The notes under the pieces are model-generated. The model did not search any database. It was not told the origin of the DNA and saw nothing but the letters and a program-made list of their open reading frames with translations. From Candidatus Danuiimicrobium aquiferis (GTDB lineage Bacteria; Omnitrophota; Omnitrophia; Omnitrophales; Danuiimicrobiaceae), in the NCBI GenBank assembly GCA_001804285.1, contig MHFR01000053.1, positions 79,857 to 143,856 of the forward strand: DNA of 64,000 nt. Direction: 5' to 3'. Made by a program: the position numbers and the translations under genes. Positions 32,255-42,104 of this stretch are shown one piece after another; position 1 is the stretch's first letter; every line of letters begins with the position of its first letter.

Positions 32255-32392
32255 TGTTTAGCGTTCTGAAGTGGCGAACACGCCAAGTTCGTGTCATGCC
32301 CGCATGCTTAAAGCGGGCATCCACAGTTTCTGGAAAAAGGGGACAGGTTCTGATCCTATTAAGTCAGAACCTGTCCCCTTTTTATATCGGGT
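32255..32392. repeat. 75-nt repeat TTTAGCGTTCTGAAGTGGCGAACACGCCAAGTTCGTGTCATGCCCGCATGCTTAAAGCGGGCATCCACAGTTTCTGGA, plus a GGGGACAGGTTCTGATCCTATTAAGTCAGAACCTGTCCCC element
   Basis: The 75-nt unit is almost identical to 53596..53675. Confidence 0.8.
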
Positions 32393-32397
32393 TAGGG

Positions 32398-34092
32398 TTA
32401 GCTCGCTTTTACAAAACGCATCCGGTATTCTTCGTACCGCTTGGAATCAACATTGTCTTCAATTAGTTGTTTTGTAAACGAAAAAAAAGTGGGTTCGATT
32501 TCTTTTAAACTTTTTGCCAGATTTTTTTCAAGCAGCGCTTTTTCGGCTTTCACATCATATTCCGGCCCTTGTTTTCGAATTTCACGGATAAAATTAAGAA
32601 ATCGATCCCGATATTCGCTATGCAACAGAAAATAAATAAATACCCAGCTTTCCGCATACGTCAAATTGGCATACTTCGGATCAAGTTCATGGAGGCCGAT
32701 GCCCCGGTCAAAATTCATAATGTACTCAAGCGGAAGCAATTCACTCTTTTCAAGCTCATACTTGAGCTGAATCAAACGTTCTTCATGCGGATCTCCGATC
32801 GGATCCGTTTCGCAGTAAACGGCAAGTCCCTCAATGAGCCAGCCGCCTTGGTAAATTTCGAAAGGGGTAATTCCGAATAAATGGAATAGCTGATGAGCCC
32901 CTTCATGACGGATGACCTTCCCGGTCCGGTTCCGTGCTTCGCTCAAAATCCGGAGTTCAGTCTTCTCTGCCTGAGTAGCCGCGCGATCCACTTCGCCCAT
33001 TTGGCTCCCCGCTGTCAGATTTTTCATCATGCCGGCCATTTGCACCTGAAACCCTTTGTTTTGAGATAAAGCCGCCATAATATCCCGGTCCGTCTTTGCA
33101 TTATAAAACACAAGTTTTTTTGCCTTAAACTCATAAAAACCAATCGGGTTACTTCTAATATGAATGTTCAGCTCGGTCAGCATATCGTCAAATTCTTTAC
33201 GGGTACCGAAAATAATAACATCCAGCGCCTCCGGCTGTTTTGTCAAGTCAATCAGGTCAAAAAAATTGCGGACGAAATCCTGATAAAATAAATCCAGGGA
33301 TTTTAAATATAATTTGAGTTCAACCGGATCTTTTTCAGACGCGAGAATCTGATAAAGCCCTTTGTGCCTGAACTCAAAACCCGGGTGACTTTCCTGGAAA
33401 ACTTTTAAACTTTCCCGAATCTCAGAAGCCGGCTTCCACAGAAAAAATTTTTCGATCCGGTCCATATCCAGCGTCAGAACCACCGAACCGCCTTCTTCAA
33501 GCTTTTGACGAACCTCAATTGAATCTCCCTCTTTTTTCACGATATGCCCGCCGATTTTTTCTCCGTTCTTCAAAACCAAAACCTGTTCCGCGCCCGTCGG
33601 CCAATCGTCGTCAGCTTCCTTTTCACGATTGGGGAGATAAATTCCGCTTTTCTCGGCGACAACGTTTCCCTGCAAAATATTCCTCTCGATATCTTGAATC
33701 TCAGATTTTGAAAAGCCGACAATTCCGTCTTTTAATTGCATCCTGATTTTTCCCCGATACTCCTCAACAAGTTTCCCCTCAACGATTCCTCCATTTTTGA
33801 GTGTCAGCCTGTCTACAACGAGCGGGGTGACTGGAACCGGAGATGTTGGTGTTTCGGCGGTAACTGTTTTGGGTGCACTTTTCTGTAAGTTTTTATTTAG
33901 AAATGGAATCCGGTCGCAACCGGAAAGGGTAAAGAGCACAAAGGTGCACAAGAGCACAAGTCGGAAAAAGGGGACAGGTTCTGACTTAACGGAATCAGAA
34001 CCTGTCCCCTTTTTCCGCAGTATATCGTATGCCGTGTTACTCATTTGCATATTCCCTTTTTTTTGCCGCCTTTGTTCCCAACACCATGTCAT
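32398..34092 (-). CDS. Putative lipoprotein with an HExxH motif (candidate zinc metallopeptidase). The start is uncertain.
   Basis: Lipobox-like LFTLSGC after a hydrophobic stretch, and VIRHEGAHQLFH. The N-terminal KKGTGSDSVKSEPVPFF is MITE-encoded (33965..34013). Confidence 0.5.
   Translation of the reverse strand: MTWCWEQRRQKKGNMQMSNTAYDILRKKGTGSDSVKSEPVPFFRLVLLCTFVLFTLSGCDRIPFLNKNLQKSAPKTVTAETPTSPVPVTPLVVDRLTLKNGGIVEGKLVEEYRGKIRMQLKDGIVGFSKSEIQDIERNILQGNVVAEKSGIYLPNREKEADDDWPTGAEQVLVLKNGEKIGGHIVKKEGDSIEVRQKLEEGGSVVLTLDMDRIEKFFLWKPASEIRESLKVFQESHPGFEFRHKGLYQILASEKDPVELKLYLKSLDLFYQDFVRNFFDLIDLTKQPEALDVIIFGTRKEFDDMLTELNIHIRSNPIGFYEFKAKKLVFYNAKTDRDIMAALSQNKGFQVQMAGMMKNLTAGSQMGEVDRAATQAEKTELRILSEARNRTGKVIRHEGAHQLFHLFGITPFEIYQGGWLIEGLAVYCETDPIGDPHEERLIQLKYELEKSELLPLEYIMNFDRGIGLHELDPKYANLTYAESWVFIYFLLHSEYRDRFLNFIREIRKQGPEYDVKAEKALLEKNLAKSLKEIEPTFFSFTKQLIEDNVDSKRYEEYRMRFVKAS
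33965..34013. repeat. GGGGACAGGTTCTGACTTAACGGAATCAGAACCTGTCCCC element, with upstream arm GAGCACAAAGGTGCACAAGAGCACAAG
   Basis: Same family as 19399..19447. Confidence 0.8.
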
Positions 34093-34285
34093 TCCCGCAT
34101 GCTTTCCCTCGGTAAATCGAGGGCCGGCCCTGTATTTCCAGGGAGGCGGGAATCTCTATTTATAAATCCCCGCCAAGAACATGCAGGGATCTCCGCCACA
34201 AATCATTGGCGGATCCGTCCGCGCTGTATGGCGGAAAATTCGCGCATTCAACTTACGTTCCATAAGTTGAGCGCTCATTTGACTT
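34088..34285. repeat. Block of GTCATTCCCGCATGC...GCGGGAATC, GGCGGATCCG, and TTCGCGCATTCAACTTACG...ATAAGTTGAGCGCTCATTTGACTTT elements
   Basis: Matches 26824..26893 and the other family members. Confidence 0.7.
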
Positions 34286-34672
34286 TTTCATCATCCTTTA
34301 ATCACACCGATTGGCCGCATCCGGACGACACGTTTTGCAATACCGGCCTCATTTACAACTTCGACCACATCGCTGACATCTTTATAGGCCAGCATTTTGA
34401 TTCAGATCAAATTGACTTGAATTAAATCTTACCATAGCCGAATCGTTGACTCATAATAGACCTTGCCGAAACCCGGAGGGAGTTTTACATGCGTCCAACT
34501 TCAAAAAATACAGTAATGCCTTAATTAAGTATTGTGTCCCAAGTATCATACATTACACAACTAATGACTGATAAGATTTCTCTTTCAATGCTATCGGTAG
34601 AATAATAGAATGTGAATTGTAAATTAAAAGATTGCTTTAATATCCCATAAAGAAAATTAGCCTTAGGAATCA

Positions 34673-36463
34673 ATGCAAAGAAAATTCTTTTCGGTTTTAA
34701 AGCGCCTGAATCATTTTGCAAAACAGATGGATTTAAAGATCTGGGCCTTTACCTTGCCTGCGCTTTTTGCCTTGGGCGCCGCTTTCTTCGAAGGGGCTAG
34801 TTTCGGCTTGATGGTTCCTCTGATCAATGGCATCATCCAAAGAAATTTCAGCTCTATCACTGACAATCAGTTTTTTGTTTTCATTTTTTCCAGGTTTTCA
34901 TCGATTACCAATAATCCAAACCTGTCTATATTTATATCGCTTGTCGGCTTAATCTTCATTTCCGCGCTAATCAAAAACCTACTGCAATACGGATCAACGA
35001 GAAGCATCAATCATCAGGTCAGAAAATTTGCTAATGCACTACGAAAAGCCTTGTTTGACACTTACTTATCCCTCGGCAAGCCTTTCTTTGACAAAAACGA
35101 TTCCGGTTATCTTAACAACGTATTAATGGATTTTACAAACTCCATTTCTTATCAAATCATTAACCTGAATCAGATGCTAATCAGTTTTTTCATGATTATC
35201 ATTTATCTCGTACTCATGCTGAAAATTTCTTACGAAATCACTCTTTTGACAATTGCCATTTTCCCCGCAATGTATTTTTCGTCAAACTGGCTTACAGAAA
35301 AAATCAAACGGACATCAAATGAATACGCACAAAAAAGAAGCGCCTTAAGCAAAAAAACTCAAAACATTCTTTCCTGTATCCCTCTCGTTTATTTTTACTC
35401 GCAGGAAGAAGCGGAAAAAAAGAAATTTGCCAAAATCAGCGATGAAACTCAAACGCTGGAATCAAGCATGGACAACAAATACTCTCTCATTCCTTCTCTT
35501 CAGGAAATCGTTTCTCTTTTGTTTTTACTTATCCTAATTTCTGTCATGGCTCTTATGTTGAAAAATTTCCAACATAAAGCCATCGGAAGCTTCCTGGTTT
35601 TCTTTTTAATCCTACGGCGCGCCACGATATCTTTCACAACCTTAAATGCCATCAAAGCACAAATCGCAACAATCAGCGGACATTTGAATAGCGTGCTCGC
35701 AATTCTGGATCAAAAAGGAAAGGCTTTTATTACTGGAGGCTCTAAAAAATTTGACGGCCTCAAAGAAAACATTGAATTCTGCCAATTGAATTTTGCTTAC
35801 CAAAAAGAAAATCCAATCCTCCAAAATATTAACTTTGTTATCGAAAAAGGAAAAAGGACAGCAATCGTTGGCCCGACCGGTTCCGGGAAAACAACTCTTA
35901 TAAATTTACTTCTCCGTTTTTACGATACCCCTCAGGGCTCACTAAAAATCGATGGCACAGATATTCGAGAATTCACATTAAAATCGCTGCGTTCAAGAAT
36001 GGCATTAGTCAGCCAAGACATATGGCTTCTAAACGATACCATCGAAGCAAACATAACCTACGGCCTTACGGATATTTCTGACGAACAAATCATTGAAACA
36101 TCAAAGAAAGCGCGGATTTACGACTTCATCGTGCAGTTACCAAATCAATTCGAAACCATTGTGGGAGACCGGGGAGTCACGCTATCCGGAGGAGAAAAAC
36201 AAAGACTTTCGATTGCTCGTGCTATTCTCAAGAACGCAGAGATCTTAATTCTTGATGAAGCCACAAGTGCCCTTGATTCCACCACGGAAAATTTAATTCA
36301 AGAAGCGCTGCGTGAATTAACAAAAGACAAAACTTGCATTGTTATCGCTCACCGTTTATCAACCATCAAAAATTCCGACAAAATAGTCATTATTGAAAAT
36401 GGGGAAGTAATTGAGCAAGGAACTTTTGTTCAATTACTTAAATTAAACGGCTTTTTTTCTTAG
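34673..36463 (+). CDS. ABC transporter, fused permease/ATPase exporter (MsbA-like)
   Basis: Six N-terminal TM helices, then Walker A GPTGSGKTT, signature LSGGEKQRLSIARA, and Walker B ILILDEATSALD. Confidence 0.85.
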   Translation: MQRKFFSVLKRLNHFAKQMDLKIWAFTLPALFALGAAFFEGASFGLMVPLINGIIQRNFSSITDNQFFVFIFSRFSSITNNPNLSIFISLVGLIFISALIKNLLQYGSTRSINHQVRKFANALRKALFDTYLSLGKPFFDKNDSGYLNNVLMDFTNSISYQIINLNQMLISFFMIIIYLVLMLKISYEITLLTIAIFPAMYFSSNWLTEKIKRTSNEYAQKRSALSKKTQNILSCIPLVYFYSQEEAEKKKFAKISDETQTLESSMDNKYSLIPSLQEIVSLLFLLILISVMALMLKNFQHKAIGSFLVFFLILRRATISFTTLNAIKAQIATISGHLNSVLAILDQKGKAFITGGSKKFDGLKENIEFCQLNFAYQKENPILQNINFVIEKGKRTAIVGPTGSGKTTLINLLLRFYDTPQGSLKIDGTDIREFTLKSLRSRMALVSQDIWLLNDTIEANITYGLTDISDEQIIETSKKARIYDFIVQLPNQFETIVGDRGVTLSGGEKQRLSIARAILKNAEILILDEATSALDSTTENLIQEALRELTKDKTCIVIAHRLSTIKNSDKIVIIENGEVIEQGTFVQLLKLNGFFS

Positions 36464-36524
36464 CAATGGCATTCCGAAGAAAATTATAACTTTGAATAGA
36501 CTCTCTCCATGAAAAGGAATTCTT

Positions 36525-37652
36525 TTGAAAAAAGCGTTGATTATTTCATTCAATTATGAAGAAATGGCAAGAGACCCAAGGGTCCTCCGACAAATTGAGT
36601 GCTGCAAAAATCACTTTGCTCTTACGGCTATCGGGATAGAAGACCCTAAGCTTAGTTTTCTCCGGTTCATTAGATTGCTGCCTCCTGAAAGAACCCTCTT
36701 GAAGAAAATTGTTTGGAAATTTCGAGCATATGAACAACAACTGTGGTGGAAATATGGGTTTCAAAAAGCTTATGATATTTTGCGTAGCGAAGAGTTCGAT
36801 TTGATCATCGCAAACGAAATTGAAAGCTTGCCACTATCTTTCGCTTTAAGAAAAAAAGCAAAAATAATCTTCGATGCCCACGAATATTATCCAAAAGAAT
36901 TTGAAGAGTCTTTTCTTTGGCGATTCTTTTGCCGAGAATATTATGAACATCTATGCAGAACTTATATCCCGCTGGTTGATAGCATGACAACGATTTGTAA
37001 AAGCATTGCTGATTCTTACCAAATAAATTATAAGAAATCGTGTGAGATAATTATGAATACTGCAAAATTTCATGAACTTAAGCCGTCGGCCATCGACATT
37101 AGCAACATTAAACTTATTCACCATGGGGCCGCAATCAAATCACGCCATATTGAAACCATGATTTATATGCAAGATTACCTTGATGACAAGTATCATCTCT
37201 ATCTTATGTTAGTAGGGCCCAAGAAGAGCTATTATAATTATCTGCAACATATAGCTAGCAAACGACGGAACGTTCATTTTCTTGATCCTGTTGGGATCGA
37301 ACAAATTATTCCAACATTGAATCAATTTGATGTGGGCCTATACTTATTGCCAGATCACAACTTTAATCATAAACATGCTTTGCCAAACAAGTTTTTTGAA
37401 TTCGTTCAAGCCAGAATAGCTATAGCGATAGGTCCTTCTTTGGAAATGGCTGCATTGGTTCGTGAATACGATTTAGGAATTATCGCAAAAGATTTTTCAC
37501 CGCAAGCAATGGCAAATGAGATAAAAACCTTGAATCAAAAACGAATTGAATATTACAAAAAGCAATCTAATCTAGCAGCACAGTCTTTAAATGACACACA
37601 AAATATAAAAAAACTCCATTCGCTAATCAAATTGATTTTAGAAAATAAATGA
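36525..37652 (+). CDS. Putative glycosyltransferase (GT-B fold)
   Basis: The C-terminal half has a GT4-like pattern (LPNKFFEFVQARIAIAIGPSLE). No other motifs. Sits in a glycan-biosynthesis context. Confidence 0.45.
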   Translation: MKKALIISFNYEEMARDPRVLRQIECCKNHFALTAIGIEDPKLSFLRFIRLLPPERTLLKKIVWKFRAYEQQLWWKYGFQKAYDILRSEEFDLIIANEIESLPLSFALRKKAKIIFDAHEYYPKEFEESFLWRFFCREYYEHLCRTYIPLVDSMTTICKSIADSYQINYKKSCEIIMNTAKFHELKPSAIDISNIKLIHHGAAIKSRHIETMIYMQDYLDDKYHLYLMLVGPKKSYYNYLQHIASKRRNVHFLDPVGIEQIIPTLNQFDVGLYLLPDHNFNHKHALPNKFFEFVQARIAIAIGPSLEMAALVREYDLGIIAKDFSPQAMANEIKTLNQKRIEYYKKQSNLAAQSLNDTQNIKKLHSLIKLILENK

Positions 37653-37708
37653 TTTCCAATTGGCATTAAGTATAACTGTTAAATTTAACGATAAAATATT
37701 TTAGAATT

Positions 37709-39673
37709 ATGTGCGGCATTGCAGGAATAATAGCATTGAAAGAAAAGACATTACCACCCTCTTTCATCATCTCCATGACGAATACATTAAAAAACAGGGG
37801 ACCAGACGATGAGGGATTCCTCGCGGTAAATTTCAGAGAAAAAACATCGTATTCTTTGGCCGGCGATGATACCAAAATTTCATTACCCCATATCAGTAAA
37901 CTCCAAAAGGAGGCTACTTTGTATTTTGGTCATCGAAGGCTTTCAATCATTGATCTCTCCGTAGCGGGACATCAACCAATGTCAAGCAGAGATGGTTCTC
38001 TTTGGATTATTTATAATGGTGAAATTTATAACTATTGTGAATTGAGAGATGAACTAATCCAATTGGGGTATGGATTTAAGAGCGCAACAGACACCGAAGT
38101 TGTCCTGGCCGCTTATGAGTTTTGGGGGAAAGATTGTGTTAATAAATTCAACGGCATGTGGTCTTTTGTAATTTATGATTCCAATAAAAGCATTCTGTTT
38201 GGTTCTCGCGATCGTTTTGGGGTGAAACCGTTTTATTATTATTTTGATAATACTCTATTTGTGTTTGCGTCTGAAATAAAAGCTATTTTACAAATTCCTA
38301 CCATTAAAAAACAAGCCAATGATAAAGCTATCTTTGATTACTTGGTCCTGCAGTTGGACGATCCCGCGGAAGAATCTATGTTTAAGAATATTTTTGAATT
38401 GCTCCCTTCTCATTGTTTCGAATTTAGCTTAAACGACAAACAATTAAAGATATGGAAATATTATGATTTGTCTTGGAATCATAAATGGGAAAATGTCAAC
38501 CAACCACAAATGGAAGAATACGTACAAAATATCGGCTCCTTAATAAAAAACGCTGTTCAATTGAGACTACAATCTGATGTGCCTGTCGGAACATGTTTAA
38601 GTGGAGGAATCGACAGCTCAAGTATTGTTTCTGTTATTAATAAGTTTCGTTTAGACGGGAAAGCTCCGTCTATCGGCCTTGTTCAGAAAACTTTTACTGC
38701 TTGTTATGAAAATCTAGAAATCGATGAACGTAAGTGGGCCCAAATTATAATTCAAAAATCCAATACCTCATGGCATAGGGTTTTCCCTGACGCTAAAAGC
38801 TTGTTACACGATTTAGAAGATATGATTTACACCCAAGATGTGCCTTTTGGATCAACCAGCATTTACGCGCAATATCGCGTAATGAAACTTGCCAAAGAAA
38901 ATGGAATAAAGGTTTTGCTTGATGGACAAGGCGGAGATGAGCTTTTCGCCGGATACACTGCATATTATCGCATTTTCTTTGCGGAAATAATCGCGCAATC
39001 AGACTTCCACCGATTAATTACGGAGATGAGCAACTTAAAAAACTCCCCCATAAAACCAATCTCATTATTAAGTTCGCTTTTTCGCATGTATGCTTCAAAA
39101 ATCTTCCCCAATTGTGGAAGAAAAACCCTCTTTCATCAAAATGTTCTTCGGGGGATACAACCAACATTTTTCAAGAAACATAATGAACGATTAAATACAT
39201 TAAAAGAGTTCCTTTCCGCATCCCTCAATCAAAACTTGGCTAAATTAATGTTTAGCGCTTCTCTTAAACAATTATTACGATACGAAGATCGGAACTCCAT
39301 GCGCTTTTCAATTGAAGCTCGAACACCATTTGCCGATGATGTCAATTTAATTGAATATGTATTTAATGTTCCTTCTAGTTATAAAATCTATAATGGTTGG
39401 AGCAAGTATCTATTGAGAATGGCCATGGCAGGCTTTTTGCCAGAAGAAATTCGTTGGCGCAAAGATAAAATAGGCTTTGCAACGCCGGAACATAATTGGC
39501 TTTATTCCATCAAAAACGAACTTAGCTATTACATCACGGATAACCTTAATGACTACATTGATACGAAAACTATTCTTTCAAATTGGGATCGTATTTTAGA
39601 TCAGCAGAAAAGTTGCGATATTACATGGCGAATCATTAACCTGGCGATATGGAAAAAAATCTGGAATATTTAA
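37709..39673 (+). CDS. asnB: Asparagine synthetase (glutamine-hydrolysing) family protein
   Basis: N-terminal MCGIAGI (Cys2 nucleophile) and PP-loop CLSGGIDSS. Confidence 0.85.
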   Translation: MCGIAGIIALKEKTLPPSFIISMTNTLKNRGPDDEGFLAVNFREKTSYSLAGDDTKISLPHISKLQKEATLYFGHRRLSIIDLSVAGHQPMSSRDGSLWIIYNGEIYNYCELRDELIQLGYGFKSATDTEVVLAAYEFWGKDCVNKFNGMWSFVIYDSNKSILFGSRDRFGVKPFYYYFDNTLFVFASEIKAILQIPTIKKQANDKAIFDYLVLQLDDPAEESMFKNIFELLPSHCFEFSLNDKQLKIWKYYDLSWNHKWENVNQPQMEEYVQNIGSLIKNAVQLRLQSDVPVGTCLSGGIDSSSIVSVINKFRLDGKAPSIGLVQKTFTACYENLEIDERKWAQIIIQKSNTSWHRVFPDAKSLLHDLEDMIYTQDVPFGSTSIYAQYRVMKLAKENGIKVLLDGQGGDELFAGYTAYYRIFFAEIIAQSDFHRLITEMSNLKNSPIKPISLLSSLFRMYASKIFPNCGRKTLFHQNVLRGIQPTFFKKHNERLNTLKEFLSASLNQNLAKLMFSASLKQLLRYEDRNSMRFSIEARTPFADDVNLIEYVFNVPSSYKIYNGWSKYLLRMAMAGFLPEEIRWRKDKIGFATPEHNWLYSIKNELSYYITDNLNDYIDTKTILSNWDRILDQQKSCDITWRIINLAIWKKIWNI

Positions 39674-39742
39674 TTTTGGTTTGGTGAAACAAATTGGCTT
39701 GTTCTAAAGCATTTTTTTTGTATTAATTAAAAGGAAAACACC

Positions 39743-41134
39743 ATGAAAACAATATTAATGATTTGTCATGCCTATCCTCCCGTCCCTGGGGTAGGCTCTC
39801 TTCGCAACCTTGGATTTAGCAGACATTTACCGTCATTCGGTTGGCAACCGACAGTTTTAACGACTCAAGTTCCTCCCACGCAAACGCTCGAAGAACAGGC
39901 CTTACTTAATTTTATCCCGGAAACAATAAAAATAATTCGTACGCCGAATGGATTCCAACTAAATCCCAAGAATGTAATTATTAAAATTTTGTATTTTCTG
40001 GGCATCATTTCGAAAGACAATGCTTCACAAATCGCATCCGGACATTCAATTTATTCTGGTTTGCCATCGTTCTTGAGTCGGACGATTCCTTTATTCCGTC
40101 TGATTTTCTGGCCTGAAGGAGAAACGATTTGGACTTTTACTACTCTCCTAAAAGCACTTTCTATCGTAAAAGATTTTGACTGCATTTACTCAAGCTCTCC
40201 TCCGGCTGCATGCCATGTTGTAGCTTCCTTGTTAAAAAAAATCACAAAAAAACCTTGGATCGCTGATATGCGAGATCCTTTAGTAAAACATCACTATTAC
40301 TCTACTGATCTTTCAAGTCCCATCAATGACGCTTATAAATCTATTCGCCGCTTTTACAAAGCGCAACATGCCGCAATAGAACGGGATATTGTCACCCATG
40401 CAGATAAAGTCATTGTGGTATCTCCTGAGTTTAAAGACATGCTGTCCACGTCTTACCCGGAGGTGCCCCCCGATAAATTCATTTCTATTACAAACGGATA
40501 TGACGAAGATATCGTCTCCCATCTAAAGAATACTTTCTTAAAGCAATATCCCAATAATCAATTAAGCAAACTCAAAATAACATTAACAGGAACTATTTAT
40601 GCCCCACACTCGTATTTACCCTTATTAAGAACCATTAAAGCAATGAAAAACAGTCAAACAATCACCACCACAAACTTTGAGCTAAAATTTGTAGGCCACG
40701 ATTTTGCGAATCTACATCAAATCATAAGGAATGATGGAATTGATGATGTCATAAAGATCGTTCCGAGAGTTTCTTTTGCTAAGGCTTACGAATTTATGTT
40801 CGAAGCAGATATTTTGCTTGTTGTCGTTGAAAAACAGCTTACCAATGTTTATTTTCATGCAAAATTATTTCCTTATATGATTATCGGAAAACCTATACTT
40901 TGCTTATCAGCCGGAAACAATCCGGTTACCGAAATTATCAAATCGTGCCGATTAGGAAACGTTGTCCCCTGCGATAATGAACTTGCTATCCAAAGTACAA
41001 TTGCTCAATATATCGATAAGTTTTCATCGGGGCGGCTTGAAAAAATATCGCCAACGAGTCAAATTATGAACTTTGATAGAAAAACTCTTACTAAGAATCT
41101 CGCCGAATTGCTCGACGACGAGTCAATTCTTTAG
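39743..41134 (+). CDS. Glycosyltransferase, GT4-like
   Basis: N-terminus MKTILMICHAYPPVPGVGSLRNLGFSRHL is typical of GT-B/GT4 enzymes. Confidence 0.6.
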   Translation: MKTILMICHAYPPVPGVGSLRNLGFSRHLPSFGWQPTVLTTQVPPTQTLEEQALLNFIPETIKIIRTPNGFQLNPKNVIIKILYFLGIISKDNASQIASGHSIYSGLPSFLSRTIPLFRLIFWPEGETIWTFTTLLKALSIVKDFDCIYSSSPPAACHVVASLLKKITKKPWIADMRDPLVKHHYYSTDLSSPINDAYKSIRRFYKAQHAAIERDIVTHADKVIVVSPEFKDMLSTSYPEVPPDKFISITNGYDEDIVSHLKNTFLKQYPNNQLSKLKITLTGTIYAPHSYLPLLRTIKAMKNSQTITTTNFELKFVGHDFANLHQIIRNDGIDDVIKIVPRVSFAKAYEFMFEADILLVVVEKQLTNVYFHAKLFPYMIIGKPILCLSAGNNPVTEIIKSCRLGNVVPCDNELAIQSTIAQYIDKFSSGRLEKISPTSQIMNFDRKTLTKNLAELLDDESIL

Positions 41135-41139
41135 GCAAC

Positions 41140-42060
41140 ATGGGCCAAAAAATGATTATTTCTGCGATTATTTGCACCCATAACCGAAGCGATTATCTTT
41201 CACGATCAATTAATAGTTTAGTTCATCAGTCGTATCCGGCTTCTGATTATGAAATACTGGTCATCGATAATCATTCCTCTGATGACACAAAAAAGATCGT
41301 TACCCATGGATTTCAGCATGTTAAGAATTTACGTTATATTTATGAGGGAGCTATCGGCCTTTCACACGCGAGAAATACCGGATGGAAAGAAGCAAACGGT
41401 AAATATGTCGCATATCTTGACGATGATGCAATCGTGGAAAAAGATTGGCTTGAAAAAATTGTCAGTGCGTTTGAAACCATCAAGCCGATGCCTGGATGTG
41501 TTGGCGGCAAAACCGAACCCATTTTTGAAACGCCTCGCCCTCGTTGGTTAACAAACACTCTCTTGCCTTATCTTTCTATCATTAATTGGTCAAACACACC
41601 AATCATCCTTAGTTGCGGCCAATGGCTCATCGGAACAAATATGGCATTCCCGAAAAAACTTTTAGCAGATATGAATGGCTTCCCGTTAAATCTGGGAAGG
41701 ATTGGCAACAAACTTTTATCGGGAGAAGAACGGCTACTTCAGTTACATCTGCAAGCCCAAGGAATGACTTCTTATTATGACCCAAGAATTTCCGTAAGCC
41801 ACCATATTCCCATTTCAAGGTTAACTCGATCTTGGTTCGTATCACGATCGTTTTGGAGCGGCGTTTCAAAATCTGTGATTATAGAAAATCTAAGCGTATG
41901 TTCTAAAATCCCGATAAAAAATTTAAAAGGGTCTTCTCTAATAAAACCATTTCGGCAAAGGTTGGGAGCACTCAAAGAACTACTTAGCCCATTTACCGTA
42001 TTGTGTTATCTCGCAAGTCTTATGGGGCGAATATCGGCTCAACTCAAAATTGTCAAATAG
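41140..42060 (+). CDS. Glycosyltransferase family 2
   Basis: ISAIICTHNRSDYLSRSINSLVHQ, YEILVIDNHSSDDT and AYLDDDA (DxD). Confidence 0.8.
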   Translation: MGQKMIISAIICTHNRSDYLSRSINSLVHQSYPASDYEILVIDNHSSDDTKKIVTHGFQHVKNLRYIYEGAIGLSHARNTGWKEANGKYVAYLDDDAIVEKDWLEKIVSAFETIKPMPGCVGGKTEPIFETPRPRWLTNTLLPYLSIINWSNTPIILSCGQWLIGTNMAFPKKLLADMNGFPLNLGRIGNKLLSGEERLLQLHLQAQGMTSYYDPRISVSHHIPISRLTRSWFVSRSFWSGVSKSVIIENLSVCSKIPIKNLKGSSLIKPFRQRLGALKELLSPFTVLCYLASLMGRISAQLKIVK

Positions 42061-42104
42061 CTATACCCTTTTCCTCTATCCTCTCAATATTTGCTGCAAG
42101 TTTT

